A stretch of DNA of 58,713 bases, counting the filler, from Dimargaris cristalligena (taxonomy: Eukaryota), in the NCBI GenBank assembly GCA_003614675.1. It is 4 parts of 4 records of this genome, joined end to end, with 100 filler letters (N's around TTAATTAATTAA, not from the genome) between each part and the next. Parts side by side here need not be neighbours in the genome. Positions count along the whole stretch, not along the records: positions 1 to 14,677 come from ML002943.1; positions 14,778 to 29,453 come from ML002944.1; 2 more parts are not named here. One strand, written 5' to 3'. This document shows positions 13,144 through 25,570 of this stretch, in pieces (position 1 is the first letter of the stretch; every line of letters starts with the position of its first letter). A program made the position numbers and the translations under genes. The notes below the pieces were generated by a model. That model worked only from the letters and a program-made list of their open reading frames with translations, did not search any database and was not told where the DNA came from.

Positions 13144-13725
13144 TATCAGCCCTCCTAATCTGACTTAATCCAGACTTAATAATTATCCATCCTTATTAGG
13201 CCTTATAGCACCATACTAACCCTCCCATAGTCACCCCCGGTACTATGGGATCATCATCTATTATATAACCCTTCTCCTTCCAGCCCTAATACTTCACACA
13301 AAATACTCAAACTAGCCAATCCAAATGACTCTTTCAGTTCCCATGAGAGTCTTCCTGATACAAAGATGTCAAGTCAGATTCCTTATCTACCTATACCTAG
13401 TATTAGTAGCATCCCCCTTAGGACCTCCTGCTGAAGTGTCCCTGCATATATATAACTGGGCCCCACTGGGACTGGTTTGATTTGGGAGCTTATTTATTAC
13501 CCCCTAGTTTACCCCAATAAACTCTATATATACTCACCCCCTTGTACTAACTAATAAATGTGCCCACTGCACATCCCTTGCATTTGCCTGCACTTATCCT
13601 TTATTAGTTAGCACTACACCCACCCTAACATTAGTAGCCCACTTGGCCAAGCCTAAGCCCCACCTACCATTAGAAGCCTATCCTTGGGACTCTTGATGGA
13701 CTAAGAGTAGTTAACCCAGGCAACA
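13144..13725 (+). mobile_element. Solo LTR, copy C (582 bp)
   Basis: TATCAGCCC...GGCAACA termini. Exact TSD CTACT (13139-13143, 13726-13730). Confidence 0.9.
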
Positions 13726-14333
13726 CTACTAATTAGGAAACTAAGATGCTAAAGAGATGATTCACAAGGTAGGGCCATACCATTTATATCTATAGAGTTG
13801 TAACCCATCTTTGCCAGTGTTGTCTTAGGATTGATATAATATATAGATTGATCACAGAGAAGTAGACAACCTAGTTATATAGCATGGATTGGAGATGGCT
13901 TCCCCATTCATTTTCTATGGAATGACCCCCAATGCCCTCATTGCAAGACATATGTAAGCTACATGATATATCTGTGGTTACATTTTACATTAATTGTTTA
14001 GCCATAGTGTGAATTACCACTGGCCTTTAGCTTTTACTTCCAACATAGGCAAGTTGCTCAAGGATTGTCTCTTCCTCAGGTATGTCTTGTAGCACCAGGA
14101 CCTCCTCCTTAATCACCTGTCCCCAATATATAATCTGCCTGGTTTCCCCTCATCTTTATATATACCACACCTAATTCCAGTTTACCATACTTCAGTTTAT
14201 ACCCATCTTCCTTTATGTTCCTCTGCTTTCACCATTGTATTCAGCCATCAGTAATCACCCAATGCTAGCTGCATCCTTCTTTTTTACTCATCTATTACCC
14301 CCCCCTACACCAATTAACTTTTGGGTATAGACA

Positions 14334-14576
14334 ATGAAATCCTGCCTTGTTCCCATCACTCTACTAGGTCTATCATTGGCCTGCAGTATTCCTGGTTAGC
14401 CCCAACCTGTGGATTTAGGCAAAGAAATTGGTAGCAAATCCCATCTTAATGTGGCTGAGACTTACTCCCAAACTGAGGGTCCTCAAACCAACTCCCTCAA
14501 ACTGATGGACACCCTTCCACCCAGGATTTTCCATCACATTTTGCAGAGTTTGCCTATGAACAACTGTGTGTGGTGA
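14334..14576 (+). pseudogene. Decayed gene: signal peptide followed by an F-box-like motif
   Basis: Reads MKSCLVPITLLGLSLACSIPG*PQPVDLGK...LKLMDTLPPRIFHHILQSLP, with an in-frame TAG at 14397-14399. TATA-like TATATATA near 14157. Contig ends 100 bp downstream. Confidence 0.5.
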
Positions 14577-14677
14577 ACTTACCACATTTTTTACTTACTT
14601 TTATTCTTAATCCGTTTTTCGCACTTATTGAAAGTACACCCTTGATGTGTAAATACACCCCTACCCCTGCCCCTGAT

Positions 14678-14777
14678 NNNNNNNNNNNNNNNNNNNNNNN
14701 NNNNNNNNNNNNNNNNNNNNNTTAATTAATTAANNNNNNNNNNNNNNNNNNNNNNNNNNNNNNNNNNNNNNNNNNNN
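14678..14777. other. Artificial contig linker (N44-TTAATTAATTAA-N44)
   Basis: 100 nt with a six-frame stop cassette, identical to the other two gaps. Confidence 0.97.
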
Positions 14778-14870
14778 CTCAGCCTTCAACCCAAAAAATA
14801 AAAGCAAAACAAGTGCTCAGCAGTCATTGTTGTTGGGTATATATTGTAGCTCAAATGATTCCAAACTATT
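14778..14870 (+). repeat. Left arm of a perfect 93-bp inverted repeat (partner 25571-25663); begins at the contig edge, so possibly truncated
   Basis: CTCAGCCTTCAACCC...CCAAACTATT is the exact reverse complement of 25571-25663. Confidence 0.92.
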
Positions 14871-16010
14871 TATTACCATTAAATGGTAAAATATAATGTG
14901 GAGATGTAGTAGACAGTTGTTTCTTACGTCTAGTTTTAATTTCAAGGATTAAATAGTTGGGGTGACATCGCTATATACCCATCTTAACCCCTGTTTAATA
15001 AAGAAATAGCGTTGTACATCATTTGGGACGGGTACTCTCGGAAAGGTTAATGTTTTTTACGTGCGCATTCTCAACACAGCATGGATAAGCCGTTATCATC
15101 AAACATATAGGCTGTTATTGGTTTCACTGCACTAATAGTCGGGCGCTGGATCCTGATGGCGAACCGTCACCGATATCAGATTGTAATGACTGCACTATAT
15201 ACGCAGCTTTTCATCAATAGACCCGTTCGGCAGGGTCGCGTGAAAGCGACAGTGATAGTCGGGTTTAGATTAAACCGATACAGTATATAATTTGAAAGCC
15301 GATAATAAATTAATCTAGCGGTCCATTGATGCATTCATTTGATCAAAAACGGGCAAACATACGCTAATAAAGATGGTAGGTACACGGGTTCGTAAGTTGA
15401 AGTATCAAAATGCTCAGAATGGTTTCAGCAGCACTAATAAGATACTCGATGAGACATTGCACCAAAGACTTTAGGCCACTGGCACTAGTTTCTTAAATAT
15501 AACTGGAAACCCCTTACTGATAAATATACTGCTAAGTCACTAATCTCCCATAGTAGGCCAGTCTATTAATGCAATGGGAGGTGCCCACGGAACCACATTA
15601 GCTCTTCGGGCAATTTTCACCAGGGCGATCCTTATCCGGCTAGCTGGGAAAAACTGTCCGACAGTTCAGGGTTTCTGCCAAAGTGTCGACTGCATCAAGG
15701 TGAAACATCGGTGCTGCAGCTCTGGGAAGTCGCGAAGATGTCGGATTTGCTAGCTTACTAATACAATGAATCCGTTTGGGCTTCCATTTACCTCACCATT
15801 CATATGTTGCTCCGCCTGAAACCTAAAACCTAAAACCTTCACTTACAGTATATTAATCAGAAACTATTTGGCCCCATTAATAACCCTTTCTTTTACCGGG
15901 TTCATACTTTCCGATTCTCTGTATTTCTCCCAGTTCCTCGATTATTCGTCCTTTATCATATACACGAAGAAACTCACTCATTTAGCTCCTATCGTTTGCG
16001 TCCACTCGAA

Positions 16011-16949
16011 ATGCCCAACAGCAAGACCATTCAGCTCCATAGTGGGGCCCGCATGCCCGCCATCGGGCTCGGTACCTGGAATGCCCAACCGGGAGAGATG
16101 GACTTCATTGTCCGGGAGGCCTGGAATCTCGGTTACCGCCATATCGACTGTGCCCATTTGTACGAAAACGAGAAAAAAATCGGTAACGCCTTGCGCCAGG
16201 CCAACGTTCCCCGAGACCAACTTTGGCTCACGTCCAAGCTCTGGAATACGGACCACCGCCCCGACGATGTCGGCCCGGCCTGCCAGACCACCCTGGACCA
16301 CCTCGGGTGTGACTATCTCGATCTGTATTTGATGCACTGGCCCCTGGCCTTTGTCCACGGAGAAGGGCTCAAGCCCTTCGGTCCGGACGGTCACATGAAA
16401 ATGGATACCGGAGTCACCATATTGGAAACCTGGCGGGCCATGGAAAAGCTCGTGGATGCCGGGCTCGTCCGCAACATCGGGGTTTCGAACTTCACCATTA
16501 CTCAGCTCACCGATCTTTTGCAGAACGCCCGTATTAAACCCGCCGTCAACCAAATCGAATGCAACCCCTATATTCCCCAACATCACCTGGTGGACTTTTG
16601 TCACCAACATAGCATTGCCGTTACCGCTTACCGTCCGTTAGGCGGCCGCAGCCGCGATGACCGGCCGCCCCAGCCGCTCGTGCGCGAGGACCCTATTGTC
16701 AACCAAGTGGCCCAGCGTATTAACAAATCCCCGGCCCAAGTTATTTTGGCTTGGCTGTTAAAGCGCAACATTAGCGTCATTCCCAAATCATCGAACCCGG
16801 CCCGTCTAGCCGAGAATCTCGTGGATTTTGAACTATCTGACGAGGATGCCTCCGAAATTTCGAAGATTAAGTACCGTCGCCGGGACTGCAACCCAGCCGT
16901 GATGTGGGCCCCCAACCTGGACTACCTAACCAAGGATGATGAACTCTGA
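16011..16949 (+). CDS. Aldo/keto reductase (AKR1A/Gcy1-Ypr1-like), intronless
   Basis: MPAIGLGTW, GYRHIDCAHLYENE (catalytic D/Y), TSKLW (K), YLDLYLMHWP (H), IGVSNF, NQIE and IPKS motifs. Confidence 0.95.
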   Translation: MPNSKTIQLHSGARMPAIGLGTWNAQPGEMDFIVREAWNLGYRHIDCAHLYENEKKIGNALRQANVPRDQLWLTSKLWNTDHRPDDVGPACQTTLDHLGCDYLDLYLMHWPLAFVHGEGLKPFGPDGHMKMDTGVTILETWRAMEKLVDAGLVRNIGVSNFTITQLTDLLQNARIKPAVNQIECNPYIPQHHLVDFCHQHSIAVTAYRPLGGRSRDDRPPQPLVREDPIVNQVAQRINKSPAQVILAWLLKRNISVIPKSSNPARLAENLVDFELSDEDASEISKIKYRRRDCNPAVMWAPNLDYLTKDDEL

Positions 16950-17485
16950 AGACCACCCTCTATTGGCACCATTTAAATGCGAGAAGTTCAAGGCACCTGT
17001 ATTGAATGTTGAATGCAGTTCTTACAGGATGATTGGCGAGCGACTTCTGTTATCTGTAACGTCTAGCCTGGAAAATATATTTTCGTGAATCAACTGAACC
17101 AACCTTTATACAGACGCTTTATTAAAAGCCCTTTCGGGGTTTTTTGATAATGTTGTTGTCGAAGTAGACGTCGGTGACTCAAATCTGACCGTTTCCCGAT
17201 ATGTAAACTACGCAATAGTTGATTACCTTGGCAGATGTGAAATATGTTGTATGCTATCTTTGATGACGCATCCGTGGCTGAGAAATATTTAGTAATAAAG
17301 TTCATGTAATAAACATAGCAATTCTGACATTTCCCCACAGATTTATGCTAAACACAGTCGCCACCCCCACACCATTCTTATTAAATTATTCACATTCGCA
17401 ACCAGAGTGAAATTACTTCATTTCTACAGTTTAGTTTCCTCTAATTTGGGATAGGTATTCAATAAATATGGCGAGTGTATTATAA

Positions 17486-19028
17486 TTAATATATATATAT
17501 ATAAGGGACTGTCTGCGAATAAATGAGCTCAGGTAATTTAATAAATATAAATAGTGTGCTCCTCGTTAGGCCATTTTTGGACACAGCTTCAGATGGGCGA
17601 TAGTCGGGTCCAGCCATTTGAATACAGTGGGGAGCAATATCCAATTTACACAATGGGCAGACTGACGACTTTTCGAGGAACCACTGGTCAATGCACTCAA
17701 CATGGAAGATGTGGAAGCAAGGCAGTTGGCGGATTTTATGGCCCTTCTCGATGGCATCGATACAAACCGAGCAAGTCTCATGAGCGCCATCCATACCGGC
17801 TGATACTTTGGTTGGCTCATCATGGGTTGATGGGCTGGCCAAAGTTTTCTCATTGTCAGGGGATGAGCTGAAATGGACCGACGGCGGTTGTCGCGTACTC
17901 GCCGGACTCAAGTCGACATCCTCGTCCACTTGGGTGTCACCACGGTCATCGAACATTGATACTTCACAGTTATGGTAGTAAAAAACTGCTGCCCGTCTAA
18001 TATCAGTGAGATTCCGCTTTTTGGTGTCGATTTCCGGAATATACTGGAGCAGCCTGGGGTCCAGCCGAGCCCTCCTTCAATGTGGCTTGCAGTGTTTCGA
18101 TGCCCTGATCACGCCGGCTTGCCCGGGCAAGGTCGTAACGGCGTTGGCGAATGGACATACGGATCAGGAAAGTCGCAAAAATAATGACTATAACCCCGGC
18201 GGCCTCGCATACAGCGCCACCAATAATTGTCCTGGTTTTCGTATTATTATTAACAATATTGGTTGAGGTAATCTAGTCTCATTTATCATCCAAAAAGGAT
18301 ATGCGAAGGTATAGGAAAGATGTATTATCACCCATGGCCTGGACGAGTTTACGAGCGACACGGTTCGGAATAGCGATTATCGGCCGATTGGTGGCTGTAC
18401 CCAAACTAGTGAAAACTACTTTGTCATTAGCACAATACGCAATGGAAAAAATAACTTAGTTCCTGTCGAAATACTGGAGGCTGGTCGATGTGGATTGGTA
18501 GGTCGTCAAATTAAACAGGGCTACATAGCCTAGTTTGGACGGGTATTGTTTCTTGCTGGCGCTGTACTCGAATGGCAAACCCTGTTGGGGCTAGAATATA
18601 CATAGCGTCCATATGGTTCACATAGTTAGAGAATAATAGTAAGCACAGTAGAAAAGGCGTGGATAGTTGTTAGTTTTTATAAGGTGGAAACCATCCTCTT
18701 GGAGCTAAGTTTACTGCTCTTCCTAGTAATGGGTCGGGGCCTCTACAAGGCAACATGCTAATGGGTGGAGGTGGGTTTTAAAGATGCCTGCAATAAAAGG
18801 GCTTAGAAAGTGCTAACATACCTCGAACTTTACTTCTTGGGATATTCTTGTATCAATAACCTGTACTGTATCAATTTCGAAGGTTGTCTCGTTTGTTGCG
18901 ATACTGTAGTTGTCGGCAAATGTGATGACATCGCCAGGCAGGCGAATTTGTTTCTGAGCAGTGATAATTCCGGCAGTCAGAAAACTAGCTACAGCGAGCC
19001 CATAGACCCATAATTGGAAATTAACCAT
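17486..19028 (-). pseudogene. Signal peptide-lumenal domain-TM-RING-H2 E3 ubiquitin ligase, apparently disrupted
   Basis: Exon 1 is 19028-18822 (MVNFQLWVYGLAVASFL...), followed by intron 18821-18582. TM segment IIGGAVCEAAGVIVIIFATFLI. RING-H2 CSVC...LPCFHIFHVECIDQW...CPLC. In-frame stops at 18456-58, 18279-81 and 18273-75, plus a frameshift near 18075. Confidence 0.75.
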
Positions 19029-21702
19029 CTTTCCGAAATGCGGAGAATAGTGGGCTAAAGGGACAGGGCTGATAAATGTATAGATGGGGGCGGAAGTATG
19101 AAGAAAACGTAAGAGGAGTCGGGGGAAACAACTATATACTGCCAGTGTGCTTTGAGTAGAATAATCTATGGAAATATAAACAGTTGTCAATATTACATCA
19201 ATTACCAGTAAATGAAATTGCATATAATCTTGGCATTAAAGGGATAGCTGGGCCAGTATCTCAATGTAGAGTACCAAGGGAATAGAGGTCGTAGGTTGGG
19301 TTAGGCTACACTATGTATATCCTGTAACTGATTAAGCCGAGTGGGGCCAGAGAACTGTATAAATGACTAAAGCCGAGTAGGACAAATAACTAAACAAAAT
19401 ATAGTAGATAATAATTATTTTATTGAAAGACACGGGATCCTGGTCTGCCACTCGGGGCGGCCTATATTATTCCTCTGGGATGAGGTGTGGTTCTTGTGCC
19501 GTTGGGGTGGGGCTATCTTCCTCCATGGCGGGGGATAGATGAGTCGCGGCATGGTCCTTTGGTTCCTCCTCACTTGAGTACCACGTACTATGGGGAGGAT
19601 TGACCTCTCGCCCATGAATGGTGGATGCCTCCCCCGGTTGCAATCCTACCGCTGACAATACTTTTTCCAAGATCCTTTGGATCAGAATGGATTAGAAAAT
19701 GGGTGCCGCAAATGCACTGTATAGATGGGCAGTTAGTTCACTGTCGCACTTCACTTCCAATAGTGAACTGTGAATGCGTGAGGGTACAAACTCTGTACAC
19801 AGTAGTCCCTCTTATTAATAGCAAATCAGGCGACCTTTAAGTCATCGCGCTCATTTATGTCTGGGTTTCCACCGCTACCACCTCGTGATCTACTGGCATT
19901 AAAGCGAGATATGCTAGATCAAATGGCAGCCGCAAAAGCATGTCGGCCTCTCGAATACGGTGGCTTAAAGCCGGACAGGCCACCACTTCCTGTTACCATC
20001 AGTGAGCAGTTATTCCCGAGAAATCTACGTGTCAGACTAAATAAGTGCCATGCTCTAGTGGTATGGTTAAAGCCTGCATTGAAAACCCGAAAATATACAT
20101 AGTGCGAGCTGACCATTTTAATTATTCTAGGTATTGGGGGCCTTTCTGGAGAAGTGCAGCCATTTTGAGGCATTAGTGACCAGGCGATCTACCTGTCTTC
20201 AGCTGGGAGGGGAAGTATGTGTACTTCAATTGCATGTTTGTATTTCTTACACCTAATGATTCATTAGTATGGACATAGCGAGCCTATTATAAATCCATTT
20301 TTACCAATACTTGGGCCCCTCGTAGCCAATATGCTGGAATACTAAGGACATAAAGGAAATGAAACTGGAAGTAAGGGAAGAAAGCAGCTAGAGGATGGTA
20401 GGTGCCTCTAGGTAGTTAGTTTTATTGAACTGTAATTTTTGATGGGGTGAAATATAAGTGGCTAACATAAATGATCTCATGATAGCAGAATAAACTAACA
20501 TAATTGGATAAAATAGGATAGGATAAAGAACATGTAAGAACATATTCTTCAACACAATATTAGTTGTCTGCAGCCACATATTAAAGTAATTAACATTACC
20601 CATTGATTGGGATTTGATGCCAGCATCCCAACAGCCCCAACTGCAGTTTATTTATAACTGTATTTATAAACCCATTAGCAGGTAGTATTGAGGAAAGCCA
20701 CTAGATAAACTGAAGTTGGCCTACAGTGATACCAAGTTGGTTTCCTCTACTATATTGCATTTTTTTCAATTGATTCACCAAATAGAATATCTATTCAATT
20801 CTACCAATTAACAGGTTCATCAAGTAGATTGATTGGCAAGGATATTCATAGTGATGTTTTTAAGCAATTATGTCCATCATTCTTGTGTTGATATCTGCCT
20901 TATCCCCACCTAATAATGTACTTCACTGACTGCCACCACTAATCAGTGGTGCCAATATTTATCCCCACCCCCATTGAAGGGTCAAGAGCAAGGTAGGCAA
21001 CATTCATCTACCATCTCCTCAGGTTGGCTAGGTGAGTGCTAATATACAGTTGGTAAGTCCAATTCTTTATCCTATATCTTCACACCAGATTGTCAACCAG
21101 GATCTCCTTTGGTGGTTTTGACTATTGCATTGCCGTGAACTGGTGCTCCAGTATAGTTGTTAAGCATCTCACCAGATTGGGATGGCATGAGTCTTGATGG
21201 GGGGTTGGGGTCATTTTAATATTCAGATATTTGAGGATTAGAGTGGTAGATGGAAATCAATCAGGCAAGGCATGCAATAGACAAAAAGCAGATATTAAGG
21301 CTGATATTCTTGTGTATTTATTGAAAAGAATGCTGGATGAATCACACTATGATTGCTCACATTGGTGAAAACACCTCACTTAAACCCAGTAAATGAATGA
21401 TCTCTTGGTGGGTCAAATTGTGTAAAGTAATCAATGGCTTGCTAGCACTAATGACTGGCAGAAAAAACCCCTGTGTAAACTAATATTATTAAAATCATTG
21501 TACATTCCCAACCCAGTCGGACAGCTGTGTTTATTGATTTATAAATAAGGGAAGTGAAAAGTAAAGCAACTGATGGTATTATTGTAAGAATATGGGATAA
21601 ATACAAAGATAGTAGCATATTATGAGTATATATCATTAGCTGTTTCTGTGACAGCCATGTACTGAAAAAACCAACCAGATTACCCATACTAGGCTTGGAG
21701 TT

Positions 21703-22287
21703 TGTTGCCCAAGTTAACTACTCTTAGTCCATCAAGAGTCTTGGGGGTAGGCTTCTAACAGACAGATAAGGTTTAGGCTCAGCCAAGCAGGTCCTAGTAT
21801 TAGGATGGGGTACTGTACTAACTAATAAAGGATAAGTGCAGGTTTATGTAAGGGATGTGCAGTGGGCACACTTACTAATTAGTATGAGGGGGTGAGTATA
21901 TATAGAGTTTATTGAGGTAAACTAGGGGGTAGGAAATAAGCTAAGGAATTGAACTGGTCTATAATGGGGCCCAGTTATATATACATGGGGACAGCTCCAG
22001 AGGGTGGGTCTAAGGGGAATACTACTAATTAGGGTATAGATAAAATAGTCCAGCTGGATAGCATTGTATCTGGAAGACTCTCATGGGAACCAGAAGAGTC
22101 TTTAGATCAGCTAGTCAAGTATTTGGTGTGAAGGGTTGGGGCTGGAAGGGGAAGGGGAAGGGTTATATAATAAATGATGGCCCCATAGTATCAGGGGTGA
22201 CTATGGGAGGGGCAATATGGCACCATAAGGCCTAATAAGGCAGACAACTGTTAGGTCCAGATTAAGGTCAGATTAGAAGGGCCGACA
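21703..22287 (-). mobile_element. Solo LTR, copy D (585 bp), opposite orientation
   Basis: Reverse complement of copies A-C. Retains TGTCGGCCC...GGGCAACA. Exact TSD GAGTT (21698-21702, 22288-22292). Confidence 0.92.
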
Positions 22288-24819
22288 GAGTTTTATGTTC
22301 ATCTTTAAATAGATATAGTAGATATCTTTATCGCTATATATAATGTTCCATTTTAAAGGGATCACATTTTCTCAGACTTATATGTAGTGTTTATTGGTTC
22401 TACCCTCAGTATACTAGGGCAGGGGCTACTGAGGCTGGGCTTGGCCTCCCTTGAAGAATAATTTGGGGCCAATATGATGGGACTCTGATTAACCTGATGG
22501 AGGTTTTGTTAATTTGGAAGGACTAGACTAGGGCAGTGCTTAAACTCATAACAATCCATTAATTCAGGGAAAGAAATAAGAACCTCAAAATGTACAGTAA
22601 TTGCCAGTAAAAAGAATGATGCTAATTTATTTTACTGGACTTTTAGAAGCCTCTTTTCTCATTAATGGGTAACTTGTTTTCTTCTGCAGGGTTCTAGTGA
22701 TACGGTATGAGCACAATAGTGAATCTGAGGGGGCTGGTGGTTTTTATTGTACAGGATAATGTATGCTATTAAGACCAGGCCCCCTGTCCTTGTTATGCCC
22801 TGAATTAAACATTATTATATTACAATCACTTTCCGGTGGTAACACCTACAGTCATGATGGTGAACTATTCAATCCCAACCAACACGCAAAGGTCTCTTCC
22901 ACTATTCTTGGCTAACCCTTTAGGGATGACCGTGTGTATAAATACATTCTTAGGTTTTAACCTGTTATTCCTTAGCCTATATCAATCTAGGGTTTCCCTA
23001 CAGCCCCCTTATAAGCCCACGTCCAGTTAATATATCAGCTTAAACACACCCATACATTGCTATTCCCGTGTGTTGCTGTTGATAAAAATATCTAAGACAA
23101 CCCTCAGTGTAGTATTACTAGGGCCCCTATCCGGGTTGACTCCGATAGCGTATTAGAGTGGTTAACCGCCACGGCAATTAATTCATCTAACTTAGTTCCT
23201 GCATTCACCGTCAGCCACTATCCCTGTACAATACAGAGGGGGAGGGGGTGGAATGGTCACGTATGGAATTCCAACCTTAAATTTACTGTTGATATTCGAC
23301 CGGACCATGGTTGGTATCGATAGACATGCAACCTGCGGCCTGAGATATCGGTATATTAGTAAACCATTTATATGCTATATAGACCACCATTGTGGTGTAG
23401 CATCTAATATGGTTCCGGTGGCCACTGGCACACAATTGGCCTGTTAATGATCTGGAGGGCGAGTGTACTATGCAGACTCTTTACAAAAAAAGAAAAGAGT
23501 TATTTACCACAACCTATAATTCAACAGGGGCTAGAAAGGGGGCTAGTCGCCGGAGCGAGTCCAAACGCTGTGTAAAAAATATAGGCTTGTGGATTGAAAA
23601 CTATTGAAGGAGACAGTGGGAGCCTAGGGGCGCGATGAGGTTCCCATTAATGGCCCATATCAACGAACCGCCCTACTCGATTGCCCAACCGACACCCTCT
23701 TGCTGAGACGGCCTATGCAAGAACCCGCCCGCTTTACGATTAGGTGGCCAAAGAGCGCCCCAATCAACGTATATCCCATTGTAGTCGACAATCGACACCG
23801 GAGTGCCGATAATATAGCATATAATTAATAAACCGACAGGGGGTCTACTAAGTAGCTGGCTATACTATTTCCCGACGTCGTGGATTAGTGTGAAAGTTAA
23901 AATGCCCATGACTACGCCAATAAATACACCGCAGAAAACGACGCTAAGCATTTCCCAGGTGGAACCTGGACACATAGCAGTCACCTATATAATTCAGAGG
24001 TGTTATCTACCGGCCCGTTACGCTTGGCCATCGAACTGCCCGCTTCGTCTCATACAGTCCCACGCCACTCCACATACACGCAATCTCGCTATTAGTGTGA
24101 GGGCCTCCATGGCATCCCTAGAAAAAAAAGTACAGGGGCTATTACAAAGAATGATCGCTATACGGAGTCGACAATCTTGATTTCCAGTCAAATGGGAAGC
24201 ATTGTGGTTAAACACCCATTATAATTAGGTGAACTGTAGATTAACCGAATTCTGTGTAGGCTCGTGGACATGCTGGTTAGTAAAGGCTCCCTAGACCCCC
24301 CTTCGTATATATTGGCCTAAAATACAGTTCTCTCCGCCACGTTATCCGCTGCCGCCGACAAGAGCAGTGCCTCGGACCCGTCAGACTAAAAAGTCCAATC
24401 GTATAACTTCAGTCGGTGAAATAATTAATTGTCGGCTTTTAACCGTCCTTTGCTCTACCGAACAGCCCAGCATCTATATTTATTACATTGAAACCATCGG
24501 AATATTCTCGAGGTTTTGGGGTCTATATAGCCGTAAAGGTGCAAATCATATTATATTAGCATGGCCGATCAACTAGGGTGGTATAAACGAAAACTCATGA
24601 AGGAGCTACTAGGATTATAGCCTCAATGAAAGAGGATTTTATTGATTATATCTGTAAATAGAACATGGGGGCTTGCCCAGCGACCCCCCACTACAGTCTG
24701 ACCAATAACGTGAGGCGGTCCAGTATTCAAGTTCGTTGATTTAAATCGGTGGCTGAATCGATGAAGCTCTCTGACTCCCGAGACCCGAGAGAATACCGTT
24801 CCGAGTGTCTATATGATTG

Positions 24820-24826
24820 TATATAA
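24820..24826 (+). promoter_or_regulatory. Putative TATA box of the small secreted peptide gene
   Basis: TATATAA about 170 bp upstream of ATG 24991, followed by a pyrimidine-rich leader. Confidence 0.4.
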
Positions 24827-24990
24827 GACCTGGCGCATGGCCGCTATACAAGCCCACAATTGCTTATACTTTTTTTGTTCCCAAAATTTGGACCAATCCG
24901 ATATTACACCTCCGTAGGCATTACACCACTACATTTTCGTTTAACCGACTCTCACCTTTATTCAACCCCCTTGTGTTTCCCATAACACCA

Positions 24991-25182
24991 ATGTATTACC
25001 CATCTGCCATTTGCGTTTTTTGCTCTTTGACTGTCGCCATATACATGGTTGGCTCTCCTGTAATGGTTCAGGCAAAAGTTGGGTTTAGGGCTGGACTCAG
25101 CCGGGCCTCAAAATCGAATTTTGGAGGTGCAGTTAAGGAGGGGATTGCCAACGCCTTAATTAACAAGGCCTTGGGGGGCTAG
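24991..25182 (+). CDS. 63-aa secreted peptide precursor (signal peptide + 35-aa cationic Gly/Ala-rich peptide)
   Basis: Hydrophobic leader MYYPSAICVFCSLTVAIYMVGSPVMVQA ends in V-Q-A. Predicted mature peptide KVGFRAGLSRASKSNFGGAVKEGIANALINKALGG. Upstream TATA and downstream AATAAA (25373). Confidence 0.6.
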   Translation: MYYPSAICVFCSLTVAIYMVGSPVMVQAKVGFRAGLSRASKSNFGGAVKEGIANALINKALGG

Positions 25183-25570
25183 TTGTTTTATCCAAACAAA
25201 TGGCAACTTTCGCCCTTTGGGATTCCTGGCACTGATTTCTAAACCCCGCTCTACGCTTCATAAGACATCCCCTAGCATTGCATTTATCTAACTGACATTT
25301 AATAGCCAAACGGCCGAACAATCAACTTATTACTTACCGTACCTCTACATCATTTTTCTAACATTCAATGGCAATAAATATACTTCAAGTTGAGTCAAAA
25401 AGACTAGTAGTGGGCGGGCAAGTGTTCTAGCCTTAATTATACATACTAGCATCGAAACTTCCTCTAATAGAATGGCCAATACTTGGCTTGACGCCACTCC
25501 AAATGGGATGACTAGTGTTCGATTTCTATTACCCCAACTTACTTATTTCACGGGTTTTACAAAGCTAATG

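Noticed and set aside
14722-14733. TTAATTAATTAA palindrome repeated three times (CRISPR-like or regulatory?)
   Set aside because: Synthetic six-frame stop linker embedded in Ns.
19415-20173. Short ORFs between the RING pseudogene and the CpG-poor domain
   Set aside because: Interrupted frames with no recognisable homology; may be a gene relic but cannot be supported.
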